This document shows, one piece after another, positions 28,106 through 37,665 of a stretch of 64,000 nucleotides of DNA. Source of the DNA: Vicinamibacteria bacterium (GTDB lineage Bacteria > Acidobacteriota > Vicinamibacteria > Marinacidobacterales > Marinacidobacteraceae); assembly GCA_965199715.1 (NCBI GenBank), contig OZ241322.1, positions 1,696,001 through 1,760,000 of the forward strand, given 5' to 3'. Every line of letters starts with the position of its first letter. The stretch's first letter is position 1. The position numbers and the translations under genes are program-made. The notes beneath the pieces are model-generated. The model saw nothing but the letters and a program-made list of their open reading frames with translations, was not told where the DNA came from and did no database searches.

Positions 28106-29356
28106 TCAGTCCGCGCCGATGTCTTCCCGGCGGCGCACGCCGTCCCAGTGGATGCGGTCGGCCGTGCGGTACGCGGCTCGCCGGGCGGTTTCCTGGTCGG
28201 GGCCGAGCCCGGTGACCGCGATCACCCGCCCGCCCGCGGCCTCGATCCCGTTCGGTCCGGCGCGCGTGCCGGCGTGGAACACGAAGCTGCCGTCGTCGGT
28301 CTCGACCGCGTCCGGAAGGCCGCTGATCGGGGCGCCCTTGCGGTACGCGCCCGGATAGCCGTCGGACGCGAGAATCACGGTGACCGCCTCGTCCCGGCGG
28401 AACGCGAGCGCCTCGCCCGGCAGCCGCCCGGCCGCCGCGTCCCCGAGCCAGGCCACGAGATCGCTTTCGAGCCGCGGGAGCACCGACTGCGCCTCCGGGT
28501 CGCCGAAGCGGACGTTGAACTCGAGGAGCTTCGGCCCGTCGGCGGTGAGCATCAGGCCGGCGTAGAGGATCCCGCGGTAGGGGCGCTTCTCGTCGGCGAG
28601 TCCGGCGATGGTCGGCTCGAGCACCTCGATCCGGATCCGAGCGAGGAGCTCCCCGTCGCGCGTTCCCGGACTGACGCTGCCCATCCCGCCGGTGTTGGGG
28701 CCGCGGTCCCCCTCGAAGCGGCGCTTGTAGTCGCGGGCGGTGCCGCAGAGCGCGACCTGCTCGCCGTCGCTTAGCGCGAAGACGCTCAGTTCCGGCCCGC
28801 TCAGGCGCTCCTCGAGGACGACCGTGCGGCCGGCGTCGCCGAGCGCGCCGTCCAGCAGGCGCCCGGCCTCCGCCTCGGCCTCCTCGGGGGTCTCGAGAAG
28901 GAACACTCCCTTGCCGGCGGCGAGCCCGCTGGCCTTGACGACGACCCGGTCGCCGAGCTCTCCGCTGCGCAGCGTCCGGCGCACGCTCGCGGCGTCGCGG
29001 ACGGTCCGATGGCGCGCCGTGGGGATTCCGTGCCGTTCGCAGAACTCCTTCGCGAACGACTTCGAGGACTCGAGCCGGGCTGCGTCCTTCCTGGGGCCGA
29101 GGCAGGGGATTCCTTCGGCCCACATCCGGTCGGCGAGGCCGTCGGCGAGCGGCGCCTCCGGCCCGACCACGACCAAATCCGCCTCGGCGGAACGGGCGAG
29201 CGCGACCGGGTCTCCCGCGTCCGGAACGAGTCGCGCGATCCGACCGATCCCCGGGTTGCCCGGGGCGACGATCAGCTCCTCAAGCTGGCCGCTGCGGGAA
29301 AGCGCCCATGCGAGGGCGTGCTCGCGCCCTCCCGATCCGATCAGGAGAACGCGCAC
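28106..29356 (-). CDS. purD: Phosphoribosylamine-glycine ligase
   Basis: GSGGREHAL, VGPEAPL, GLAAGKGV, NTGGMG, EFNVRFGDPE. Confidence 0.97.
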   Translation of the reverse strand: MRVLLIGSGGREHALAWALSRSGQLEELIVAPGNPGIGRIARLVPDAGDPVALARSAEADLVVVGPEAPLADGLADRMWAEGIPCLGPRKDAARLESSKSFAKEFCERHGIPTARHRTVRDAASVRRTLRSGELGDRVVVKASGLAAGKGVFLLETPEEAEAEAGRLLDGALGDAGRTVVLEERLSGPELSVFALSDGEQVALCGTARDYKRRFEGDRGPNTGGMGSVSPGTRDGELLARIRIEVLEPTIAGLADEKRPYRGILYAGLMLTADGPKLLEFNVRFGDPEAQSVLPRLESDLVAWLGDAAAGRLPGEALAFRRDEAVTVILASDGYPGAYRKGAPISGLPDAVETDDGSFVFHAGTRAGPNGIEAAGGRVIAVTGLGPDQETARRAAYRTADRIHWDGVRRREDIGAD

Positions 29357-29365
29357 GGCCCGCGA

Positions 29366-29560
29366 TCAGCGGGTCCGACGCCGGCGCTTCCGGGCGCGCT
29401 TCCGCGCTGCGGCGCGCTTGGCCCTCAGCTTGTCGCCGGGCTTCACGTAGAACGAGTGCCGCTTGATTTCCTTGATGATGTCCTCGGCCTGGACGCGGCG
29501 CTTGAAGCGCTTGAGAGCCGTCTCGACGGTCTCGCCTTCCTGGACAACGACTTCGGCCAA
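29366..29560 (-). CDS. rpsU: 30S ribosomal protein S21
   Basis: AEVVVQEGETVETALKRFKR...FYVKPG; AGGAG SD before the TTG start. Confidence 0.95.
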   Translation of the reverse strand: MAEVVVQEGETVETALKRFKRRVQAEDIIKEIKRHSFYVKPGDKLRAKRAAARKRARKRRRRTR

Positions 29561-29607
29561 ATCTCGCTCCTGGTTCACCGGGCGAACTCCGCCCGAAATG
29601 TTACGTA

Positions 29608-29636
29608 ACCTTAGAACCGGGGTCGGAACCTGTCAA
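29608..29636 (-). promoter_or_regulatory. Sigma70 promoter of rpsU-purD-purE
   Basis: TTGACA (29636-29631), 17 bp spacer, TAAGGT (29613-29608). Confidence 0.8.
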
Positions 29637-29662
29637 CTTGGGCGGTACGCTCTCCCGCTCGG

Positions 29663-31234
29663 ATGCGACTCCTCGACGGCGGCCTCGCGTCCGAGCTGGA
29701 GGCGTCCGGTTGCGATCTCGCCCACGATCTCTGGTCGGCTCGCGCGCTCCTCGAGACGCCCGAAGCCGTCGCCCGCGCGCACGCCCGCTTCCTCGAGGCG
29801 GGAGCCGAGTGCATCACCGCGGCCACCTACCAGGCGAGCTTCGAGGGATTTCGCCGGCACGGGCTGTCCGACGAAGCGGCCGAGCGCGCCTTCGAGGACG
29901 CGGTCCGGATCGCGGTGCGGGAGCGCGACCGGTTCGTGCGGGAGCGCCGCTCGGCGCGGCGCCCGCTGGTCGCGGCCAGCATCGGTCCCTACGGAGCGTT
30001 CCTCGCGGACGGCTCCGAGTACGGAGAGGACTACGACGTGGACGACGCCGAGCTCGTCCGGTTCCACAAGCGGCGGCTCGCGCTCCTCGCCCGGTCCGGC
30101 GCGGATCTTCTGGCGATCGAGACGATTCCGTCGCGGCGTGAGGCCCGTTTGCTCGCCGCGCTGCACGCCCGCCTGCCCGACGCGCCGCCAGCGTGGATCA
30201 GCTTCACCTGCCGGGACGAGTCGCGCATTTCGGACGGAAACCGGGCGGAGGACGCCGCCCGCGACATCGCCCCGTGGCCCGGAATCCTCGCGGTCGGCGT
30301 GAACTGCACCGCTCCCGTGCACATCGCGCCGCTCATCCCGAAGTTCTGGCGCGGCAGCCGCAAGCCCGTGATAGTCTATCCGAACGCCGGCGGCGTCTGG
30401 GACCCGACGCGGAAGGTCTGGGAGCGCCCGGCCGCGGCCGCCGACCTTCCGGCGCTGTCCCGATCGTGGAAACGCCTCGGCGCCGCCATGATCGGCGGGT
30501 GCTGCCGAGTCGGGCCCGACGAGGTCCGCGCCATCGGCCGTGCACTGGAGCCCCTTTCCGAAATGACCATTCGCATCGGCGACCTCGCCCCCGACTTCAC
30601 CGCCCGCACGACCCACGGCGCGATCCGCTTCCACGAGTGGATCGGCGACGGCTGGGCGATCCTCTTCTCCCATCCGAAGGACTTCACGCCGGTGTGCACC
30701 ACCGAGCTCGGCCGCATGGCGGGGCTCCTCCCCGAGTTCCGAAAGCGGAATTGCCGGATCCTCGGCCTCAGCGTGGATCCGGTCGCGGACCACGAGCGGT
30801 GGAAGGCCGACATCGAGGAGACGCAGGGCCATCCGGTCGAGTACCCGCTCATCGGCGACGACGACCTCGCCGTCGCCCGGCTCTACGACATGATCCACCC
30901 GAACGCCGTGGGCGGCGGGAAGCGGACCGCGGCGGACAACATGACCGTCCGCTCGGTGTTCGTCGTCGGGCCGGACAAGCGGGTCCGGCTGATCCTCACC
31001 TACCCGATGACCACCGGGCGGAATTTCGACGAGATTCTCCGAGCGTTGGACTCGATGCAGCTCACCGAAGCGCACCGGGTCGCCACGCCGGCGAATTGGC
31101 GGGACGGGGACGACGTGATCATCGTGCCGGCGGTTTCCGACGAAGAGGCGCGGGAGGCGTATCCGGACGGCTGGAAAGCCGTCAGGCCGTACCTGCGCCT
31201 CGTTCCGCAGCCGAAGCGGCCCTCCGGTTCCTGA
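29663..31234 (+). CDS. mmuM: Homocysteine S-methyltransferase (MmuM) in frame with a 1-Cys peroxiredoxin (Prx6; starts at ATG 30563)
   Basis: [25 protein letters not shown]; then [31 protein letters not shown]. No stop codon between them. Confidence 0.9.
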   Translation: MRLLDGGLASELEASGCDLAHDLWSARALLETPEAVARAHARFLEAGAECITAATYQASFEGFRRHGLSDEAAERAFEDAVRIAVRERDRFVRERRSARRPLVAASIGPYGAFLADGSEYGEDYDVDDAELVRFHKRRLALLARSGADLLAIETIPSRREARLLAALHARLPDAPPAWISFTCRDESRISDGNRAEDAARDIAPWPGILAVGVNCTAPVHIAPLIPKFWRGSRKPVIVYPNAGGVWDPTRKVWERPAAAADLPALSRSWKRLGAAMIGGCCRVGPDEVRAIGRALEPLSEMTIRIGDLAPDFTARTTHGAIRFHEWIGDGWAILFSHPKDFTPVCTTELGRMAGLLPEFRKRNCRILGLSVDPVADHERWKADIEETQGHPVEYPLIGDDDLAVARLYDMIHPNAVGGGKRTAADNMTVRSVFVVGPDKRVRLILTYPMTTGRNFDEILRALDSMQLTEAHRVATPANWRDGDDVIIVPAVSDEEAREAYPDGWKAVRPYLRLVPQPKRPSGS

Positions 31235-32111
31235 GCGCCTGCCGGGCGGTCAGCCGCGCCAGCCGGACGACGTCCGCGGCGCTCGCCCCGCGCGAGAGGT
31301 CGTTCAGCGGCGCCCGGAGCCCCTGCACGATGGGCCCGGTCGCACTCGCCCCGGCGAGTCGCTCGACGAGCTTGTAGGCGAGGTTCCCGGCGCCGAGGTC
31401 CGGGAAGATAAGTGCGTTGGCGCGACCGGCGACCGGGCTGCCCGGCGCCTTGCGGTCGGCGATGGCGGGAACGAGCGCCGCGTCTCCCTGGAGCTCGCCG
31501 TCCACGACGAGATCGGGGCGCAGCGCGCGCACGCGGTCGGCCGCCCGCGCCATGCGTCGCGCCTTGTCGTGGTCGGCGCTGCCCCGGGTCGAGAACGACA
31601 GCAACGCCACCCGCGCCTCGTCGAACAGCGACTCCGCGGTCGCGGCGGTCGCGAGCGCGATCTCCACGAGATCGTCCTCGGAAGGCTCGGGAATCACCGC
31701 CGCGTCGGCGAACAGCAGCGGCTCCCGTCCGTTGGGCAACTCCATGAGGAACGCGCCCGAGACCCGCTTCACGCCCGAGCGCGGCCCGATGGCCAGGAGT
31801 CCGGCCCGGATCACCGCCGCGGTCGGGTGGACCGCTCCGGCGATCGAGCCCTCCGCCTCGCCGAGCGCGACCAGCAGATTTGCGAACACGAGCGGGTTCG
31901 AAGCGGATGCGCCGGGGCGTCGCTTCTTCAGAACGGCGGCGGCGCGGTCGAGAACTTCGCCCTCGGGCCGGACGCTCCGCACGCCGGGAAGCGCCGGTCC
32001 GCCGACGAGGACCGGCCGCGCGAAGCCGGCCTCGGCGATCGCGACCGCGGCCTCCTGAATTCGCCGGTCCGCGGCCTCGGCGAACGCCAGCGCCGGGGGA
32101 GGGTCGGTCAT
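31182..32111 (-). CDS. pta: Phosphate acetyltransferase
   Basis: [48 protein letters not shown]. Confidence 0.92.
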   Translation of the reverse strand: MTDPPPALAFAEAADRRIQEAAVAIAEAGFARPVLVGGPALPGVRSVRPEGEVLDRAAAVLKKRRPGASASNPLVFANLLVALGEAEGSIAGAVHPTAAVIRAGLLAIGPRSGVKRVSGAFLMELPNGREPLLFADAAVIPEPSEDDLVEIALATAATAESLFDEARVALLSFSTRGSADHDKARRMARAADRVRALRPDLVVDGELQGDAALVPAIADRKAPGSPVAGRANALIFPDLGAGNLAYKLVERLAGASATGPIVQGLRAPLNDLSRGASAADVVRLARLTARQALRNRRAASAAERGAGTA

Positions 32112-32281
32112 GGCGACTGCTACACTAGCTGGGTTTCGAGCGTCGGCGGCAGTCAGACCGGCTCCGGCACGGAGCGCGGCGGCCGCGCGGCGCATTTCCT
32201 GCCCCGGAACAGCGGTGCGCCGCTGGCGAATCCAACGCGCTTGGGGGCGGGGCAGAACCCGTAACGCGGGGAGGTTTGGAA

Positions 32282-32617
32282 ATGAAGGCAACGGAACGTG
32301 TTGTAGGCGACGTCACGGTGCTCGATCTCGAGGGCCGGATCGTTCTGGGCGAGGGAGACGAGGTTCTCCGCAACAAGGTCCGGGACGTGGTCGCCGGCGG
32401 TAGCCGCAAGGTCGTGCTGAATCTCGGCGCGGTGTCCTACGTGGACAGCGCCGGGCTCGGCGAGCTGGTCCGGTGCCACACGCGGCTCGTGCGTGTGGGC
32501 GGAGCGATCAAGCTGCTGAACCTGACCGAGCGGATGGAGGATCTGCTGCAGATCACCAAGCTGGTCACCGTGTTCGAGACGCACGACTCGGAGGCGGACG
32601 CCCTCGCGAGCTTCTGA
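32282..32617 (+). CDS. STAS-domain anti-sigma-factor antagonist
   Basis: [11 protein letters not shown] phospho-Ser motif, [11 protein letters not shown]; GGGAGG SD. Confidence 0.93.
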   Translation: MKATERVVGDVTVLDLEGRIVLGEGDEVLRNKVRDVVAGGSRKVVLNLGAVSYVDSAGLGELVRCHTRLVRVGGAIKLLNLTERMEDLLQITKLVTVFETHDSEADALASF

Positions 32618-32772
32618 GGGCGCCCCGGGACCGAGCTTCCCGGCTCCCCGCAGCCCCGCGGTCCAGGACCGCGCTCCCGCCGGCGGAGCCCCTCCGGGGT
32701 CTCCGCCGCGGGTCCATCCGGTCCTCCGCGACCCCGGGTTCCGCCAGGGGCCGAACCCGAAAGGAGAACAAA

Positions 32773-33420
32773 GTGCCGACCGCAGTTTCGGAGGCGGAGA
32801 CCTCCAGAACCCGGAAGCCGACGCCCGACGTGAAGGCCATCATGGCCGACATCCGCGATCGGGCGCAGAACCAGAACAACGAGGACACGGTCACCAAGCG
32901 CCAGTACCGCGCGAACGTCCGCGACCGACTGAGCCGGCCGCTTGGACGGGGCTTCACCGAGGACTTCGTCCAGATCATGCGCGTTCGCGAACCCGAGGGT
33001 TGGAACGTGCAGCTCGAGGCCGAGTCCTTCGGGAGCTCGCGGTCGTCGCTGGTGCGCGGTCTTCGCTGGCTGTTCGCCCCGGTGCGCCGCGCGCTCGTGA
33101 ACACGGATCCCGCCGTGCGCCAGGCCGCCCGGCAGGCGGAGATCAACGAGTACTTCCGCCGGCTCCTCGTGGCCGCCAACGAGGATCTGGAGCTCACCCG
33201 GCTGGAGCTGGGCGCGCTGCGCCAGCAGCTCGGCCGGCTCGGGGTGAAGGCCGACTTCTCGTTCGCCGAGCCGAAGCCCGCCCCCGACCGGAGCCGCGGC
33301 CGCAGCCCCCGAGGGCGGTCGGACAGCCGTCGCGGGCGGCCGCGGGAGGATTCCGGCGGCGACCGGCGCGACGGGAGCCGCTCCCGGTCGGGGCGGGGCC
33401 GCCCGTCGAGGGGAAGCTGA
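32773..33420 (+). CDS. Hypothetical coiled-coil protein with Arg/Ser/Gly-rich tail
   Basis: AAGGAG SD then GTG; DVKAIMADIRDR, RQAEINEY; abuts the downstream glycosyltransferase. Confidence 0.7.
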   Translation: MPTAVSEAETSRTRKPTPDVKAIMADIRDRAQNQNNEDTVTKRQYRANVRDRLSRPLGRGFTEDFVQIMRVREPEGWNVQLEAESFGSSRSSLVRGLRWLFAPVRRALVNTDPAVRQAARQAEINEYFRRLLVAANEDLELTRLELGALRQQLGRLGVKADFSFAEPKPAPDRSRGRSPRGRSDSRRGRPREDSGGDRRDGSRSRSGRGRPSRGS

Positions 33421-33421
33421 C

Positions 33422-34651
33422 GTGCGCGTCGCCTTCGTGGTCCCGCGTTTCGGAACGGACGCCCCGACCGCGCCCGAACGCCTCGCCGAACAACTGGCGG
33501 CCTCCGGATCGGATCGCTGGCGCATCAACGTGCTCGCCGTCGCGTCCGGCATCCGCAAGGGCCGGCCGCTCAAGCCGGGGATGGTCCAGGTCGGGAAATT
33601 CCGGATCCACCGGTTCGCGGCCGACGACGACGCCGCGGCGCCCGACGCGCTCACGGCGGCCGGGCTGACGGGGCATCTGGAGTCCGAGGCCTACGACGCG
33701 ATCCTGCTGTTCGGCGCCGGCGCCGCCGCGTGCCGGGCCGCGGCGCGGGCCGCGGCCTCGCGGACGGTTCTCATCCCCTTCGCGCCGGAAGAGCCCGGTG
33801 AGTGCGACCGGGAGGCTTTCGAGCGCGCCGGGGCGATCCTGTTCGGCAGCGACGCGGAGGAAAAACAAGCGCTCTCCCGCTACGCCGTGGATCGGAAGAT
33901 GCGCGAGACGGTCGAGACTCCCGCGCTGCTGCCCGTGGCGCGGGATCCCGAGGGGTTCCGCCAGCGGACCGGCATCCGGGGCCGCCACCTCGTGTGCGCC
34001 GACAGCCCGTCGGACCGGGTGGTGCGGGACTTCGTCCGGCTGTTCCACGCCTTCCGCGATTCGCAGCCCAAGGCGCAGCTCGACCTCGTCGTGCTCGGCG
34101 CGCCGCCGCCCGGCATGCCGCGGCGCCCCGACACGCGCTTCGTCGCGCCGAGCGACGCCGAGGAGCGGCTCGACGCCGTGGCCGGCGCGTTGATGCAGGT
34201 GATGCCGGGGCGGCTGACGCCGGTGGCGGCGGCCGTGGAGCCGTTCTCGCTGGGAATCCCGATTCTCGTGAGCGCCTCGGCGGCGGACCTCGTCGCCGAA
34301 TGCCAGGCGTCGAACGGCGGTCTCTACTACCGCGACTACCCCGAGCTGGAGCTCATCCTCGATCTCGGCCTTCGCGATCCGGCGCTGTTCGGGCGGCTCG
34401 GCGAGGCGGGCCGGAATCACTTGGCGAAGAAGGGCGACTGGGACGCGCTGGTGAGCCAGTACGACCGGGCGATCCGCAGCTTCGCCCGCCCGTCCCGCGG
34501 GGAGGAGCCGCCGCCGGTTCCGCCTCCCGAGGAGCCCGAGCCCGAACCCCCGCCCGAACCCGGACCCGAGCCCGAGCCGAAGGAACTGGAGCAGCCCGAG
34601 GAGCCGGACGGACTACCGAGCTTCTTCCGCGGAACGATCCAGAAGGACTGA
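33422..34651 (+). CDS. GT4-like glycosyltransferase (divergent) with Pro/Glu-rich tail
   Basis: MRVAFVVPRFG, SNGGLYYRDY, LGEAGR...W C-terminal GT-B helix. Confidence 0.75.
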   Translation: MRVAFVVPRFGTDAPTAPERLAEQLAASGSDRWRINVLAVASGIRKGRPLKPGMVQVGKFRIHRFAADDDAAAPDALTAAGLTGHLESEAYDAILLFGAGAAACRAAARAAASRTVLIPFAPEEPGECDREAFERAGAILFGSDAEEKQALSRYAVDRKMRETVETPALLPVARDPEGFRQRTGIRGRHLVCADSPSDRVVRDFVRLFHAFRDSQPKAQLDLVVLGAPPPGMPRRPDTRFVAPSDAEERLDAVAGALMQVMPGRLTPVAAAVEPFSLGIPILVSASAADLVAECQASNGGLYYRDYPELELILDLGLRDPALFGRLGEAGRNHLAKKGDWDALVSQYDRAIRSFARPSRGEEPPPVPPPEEPEPEPPPEPGPEPEPKELEQPEEPDGLPSFFRGTIQKD

Positions 34652-36400
34652 CCGGCGGGCGGCGCGCTCGAGGGCGCGGGCCGCGGCGGCCTGGCGGTCG
34701 AGCGCGGTTTCCATGCCCTCGGGCCGGGCCGACTGGAGCCAGAGGCGCTTGAAGCGGCGCCGGAGCGCGCGCTGGCGGGCGGCGAGGCTTCGCAGCTCGA
34801 CCGGGTCTTCGGTTCCCTCGCGCGCCTTCAGCGTCGCGATGCCCCGCTCGGCGGCGAGCAGCGAGGCGGCGAGCGCCCAAGCCCACTCGGCGCCGACGGT
34901 TCCCTCGGGAAGCCCGCGCCGGACCGCGTCGCGCGCCAGCTTCCGCAGGTCTCCGAGCGTGCGGGAGAGAACCTCTCGGTCCGGGACCCGCGTCGCCGTC
35001 CGCAGCCGGGTCTCGAAGAACACGGTCTTCAGCGGCGAATTGTTGAAGTGGGGGAAGCCAACCTCGTGGAGCCGTCCCAAGCGGTCCGCGAATGCGCCGG
35101 CGAACCCCGACGGGTCCCCGGCCACGTGATGCGAGAACGCCTCGAGCGTCGCGGCCTCGTCGGGTTCCCCCTCGCCCCACGCGGCCTCGGCGGCGTACGC
35201 GAGCGGCCAGAGCGACCCCGAGAACAGGTTGTAATGGCCGCCGTCGCCCCAGTCAGTCAGGAGGAACCCGTCCCCGCCGAAGCGCTTCGCCGCGCGGGCG
35301 TGTCCGGCGATGTTCGGCAGCGCGGTCGGGAGCCGCGGGAACAGGCTGGTCCACGACGAGGTGCCGGCCACGCTCAGGAACGTTCGCCCGGCGTCCTGGA
35401 AGCGGGCGACTCGGTCGAAGTCGTGGTCCGCCTCGTACCACCAGTCGGCGAGCACGACGTCCGGGTCGAGCCGGTCCAGTGTCTCTGGATGGTCGGCGAG
35501 CACGTCGGCCCAGATCATGGGGCGCTTGCCGTGCCCGCGGGCGATCGCGGCGACCTGGTTCACCCAGTCGGCGAACACCGCGGCGAGGCCGTCGCGCTCG
35601 GCCCGCGCCTTCGAGCGGCCCTCGCCGAGGTCGATCGGCTCGTCGCAGTTGAGCTGGGCGAAACCCGACGAGAAGCACGGCAGGTACTCCCCGAGGAGGT
35701 CCGCGACCAACCGCAGGCTCGCCGGATCGTCCGGGGCGAGCGACCAGAGCCGGTCCGACTCGGCCAGCCCCCGGTACGCGGGAAGCTCGAGGATCCGGCG
35801 CATGTGCCCGAAGGTCTGGAGGCACGGCACGAGCTCGACCTGGCGCTTCCGGGCGAAGGCGTCGAGCGCCCGCATCTCGTCCGCCGTGAATCCGCCCGCG
35901 TCCGCGCCGATCCGCGGATGCCGCTCGAAGCGGAAGGTGTGCTCGGCGTACAGGTACAGCTCGCTGTAGCGAAGGCGCGCGAGCAGTTCGATCAGCCGCT
36001 CGACCGCCGCGACCGTGGGAACCCGCCCCCGGGACACGTCGAGGAGGAAGCCGCGCCGCCGCAGCGCCGGCGCGTCCCGAATGAAGGCGCCGGGGACGCT
36101 CCCGTCCGGACGGGCGAGCTGGGCGAGCGCCTCGGCCCCGTAGCGAAGCCCCGCCGCGCCGGGCGAGGCGAGCTCCACCCCTTCCGGCGCGACCCGCAGC
36201 TCGAAGCTCTGGGGATCGCCCGTGTCCCGCCGGGTCAGCCGGATCGGGCCGCGGCCCCGGCCGCACTCGATCCCGGCGCGCTCCCGCAGCCGCCCGGCGA
36301 GGAATTCCGCAGCGGGGTCGTCGCCCGCGATCCGCGTGTCCGGCCCGAGCCGGAACGCGCCGGGAAGGGACGATTTCTCCCGCGGCCGGGGCAGCAGCAC
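34613..36400 (-). CDS. Glycoside hydrolase family 20 (beta-N-acetylhexosaminidase-like)
   Basis: RGFLLDVSRGRVP, QTFGHM, NCDE catalytic pair, TDWGDGGH. Confidence 0.88.
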   Translation of the reverse strand: MLLPRPREKSSLPGAFRLGPDTRIAGDDPAAEFLAGRLRERAGIECGRGRGPIRLTRRDTGDPQSFELRVAPEGVELASPGAAGLRYGAEALAQLARPDGSVPGAFIRDAPALRRRGFLLDVSRGRVPTVAAVERLIELLARLRYSELYLYAEHTFRFERHPRIGADAGGFTADEMRALDAFARKRQVELVPCLQTFGHMRRILELPAYRGLAESDRLWSLAPDDPASLRLVADLLGEYLPCFSSGFAQLNCDEPIDLGEGRSKARAERDGLAAVFADWVNQVAAIARGHGKRPMIWADVLADHPETLDRLDPDVVLADWWYEADHDFDRVARFQDAGRTFLSVAGTSSWTSLFPRLPTALPNIAGHARAAKRFGGDGFLLTDWGDGGHYNLFSGSLWPLAYAAEAAWGEGEPDEAATLEAFSHHVAGDPSGFAGAFADRLGRLHEVGFPHFNNSPLKTVFFETRLRTATRVPDREVLSRTLGDLRKLARDAVRRGLPEGTVGAEWAWALAASLLAAERGIATLKAREGTEDPVELRSLAARQRALRRRFKRLWLQSARPEGMETALDRQAAAARALERAARRSVLLDRSAEEAR

Positions 36401-36440
36401 GCGGCGAAATCTACCAGCCGGGTTGGTATCCTCGGCCCCC

Positions 36441-37070
36441 GTGCCGGACACCTTCGCCGCCGCGGCCGAGCGCGTCGAGGCCGGCTGGACGGTCGGGCTG
36501 GGGACCGGGCGCGCCGCGAGCAGCTTCGTGCGCGCGCTGGGGGCGCGGGTCCGGGACGGACTCGTCGTGCGCGGCGTACCCACGTCCAGGGCGACCGCGG
36601 CGCTCGCCGAGTCGCTCGGGATCGAGCTCGTGGGCATGGACGACCTGGAGCGGATCGACCTCGCGGTGGACGGCGCGGACGAGGTGGACGACCGCCGCGA
36701 CCTCATCAAGGGGCACGGCGGGGCCTTGGTGCGCGAGCGCGTGGTCGCGGCGGCGGCCGAGCGCTTTCTGATCCTCGTGGGGCCGGAAAAGCTCTCGCCC
36801 CGCCTCGGGACGCTGCGATCGGTCCCGGTCGAGGTCGTGCCGTTCGCCGCCGGTCCGGTCCGCCGCGCGCTCGAATCGCTCGGCGCCCGGGCCGAACTGC
36901 GCGCTGGACCGTTCGTCACCGACAACGGGAACTGGATCGTGACCGGGGCGTTCGGCCCGATCTCCGATCCCCTGGCGCTCCACCGCGAGATCCTCGGGAT
37001 CCCCGGCGTCGTGGATTCGGGGCTCTTCGTCCGGATGGCCGACGAGGTGCTCGTGGCTACGCCCGCCTGA
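36441..37070 (+). CDS. rpiA: Ribose-5-phosphate isomerase A
   Basis: GLGTG, DGADEVD, IKG.GGAL.RE, TDNGN, PGVVDSG. Confidence 0.95.
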   Translation: MPDTFAAAAERVEAGWTVGLGTGRAASSFVRALGARVRDGLVVRGVPTSRATAALAESLGIELVGMDDLERIDLAVDGADEVDDRRDLIKGHGGALVRERVVAAAAERFLILVGPEKLSPRLGTLRSVPVEVVPFAAGPVRRALESLGARAELRAGPFVTDNGNWIVTGAFGPISDPLALHREILGIPGVVDSGLFVRMADEVLVATPA

Positions 37071-37650
37071 GGCGCCGCCGGCCCACGAACACCAGCGCGG
37101 CCAGCCCGCCCACCACGAGGGCGCTCGCGATCAGCGCCGCCCGGAGGAACGTTCGCAGCGTGATCGCGAGCACCGAGCGCGCCTCGGTCTCGACCTCCAG
37201 TTCAAGCCCGTTCGCCCGGATCTCCCCGATCGGCCCGGTCCATACGAGCCGGTTTCCGCGGCGGACGGTCACGTCGAGGTTGTGGCTCAGGATTCGGCCG
37301 GCCGGCCGCAGCGTGATCTCGGCCTGACCCTCGCCCGGAACGCCGCCCGGGGGGACGGCCATGCGGATGCGCTGGGTCCCGCCGTCCGCGGCGCGCGAGC
37401 AGTCCCGGCCGAGCGCGGCGCAGAGCGCTTCCATCGAATCGAAGCGGAGACGCGTCTCGGTGAAGCGCCGCCGCTCCCGGAGCCGATCCAGCGCGACCCC
37501 CTCTCCCTCGAACATCGCGCGGAACCCGTCCGGCGGCGCGCCGCCGACGAGGATCGTGGATTCCCCCGAGCCGTCCAGCCGGAACCGGTGGGTCTCCTCC
37601 CACGCCGAAACCCCGCACCCGGCGAGAAGCAGCGCCGCTACCGCGCCTAG
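37057..37650 (-). CDS. Hypothetical lipoprotein with C-terminal membrane anchor (start codon unclear)
   Basis: LLLAGC lipobox, LDGSG motif, C-terminal TM followed by RRRLRR. Confidence 0.6.
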   Translation of the reverse strand, partial: LGAVAALLLAGCGVSAWEETHRFRLDGSGESTILVGGAPPDGFRAMFEGEGVALDRLRERRRFTETRLRFDSMEALCAALGRDCSRAADGGTQRIRMAVPPGGVPGEGQAEITLRPAGRILSHNLDVTVRRGNRLVWTGPIGEIRANGLELEVETEARSVLAITLRTFLRAALIASALVVGGLAALVFVGRRRLRRA

Positions 37651-37665
37651 ACTTCGGCTCCCCCG

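Noticed and set aside
34500-34610. CCCGAG/CCCGAA-like tandem repeats
   Set aside because: They simply encode a Pro-Glu linker of the GT4-like protein.
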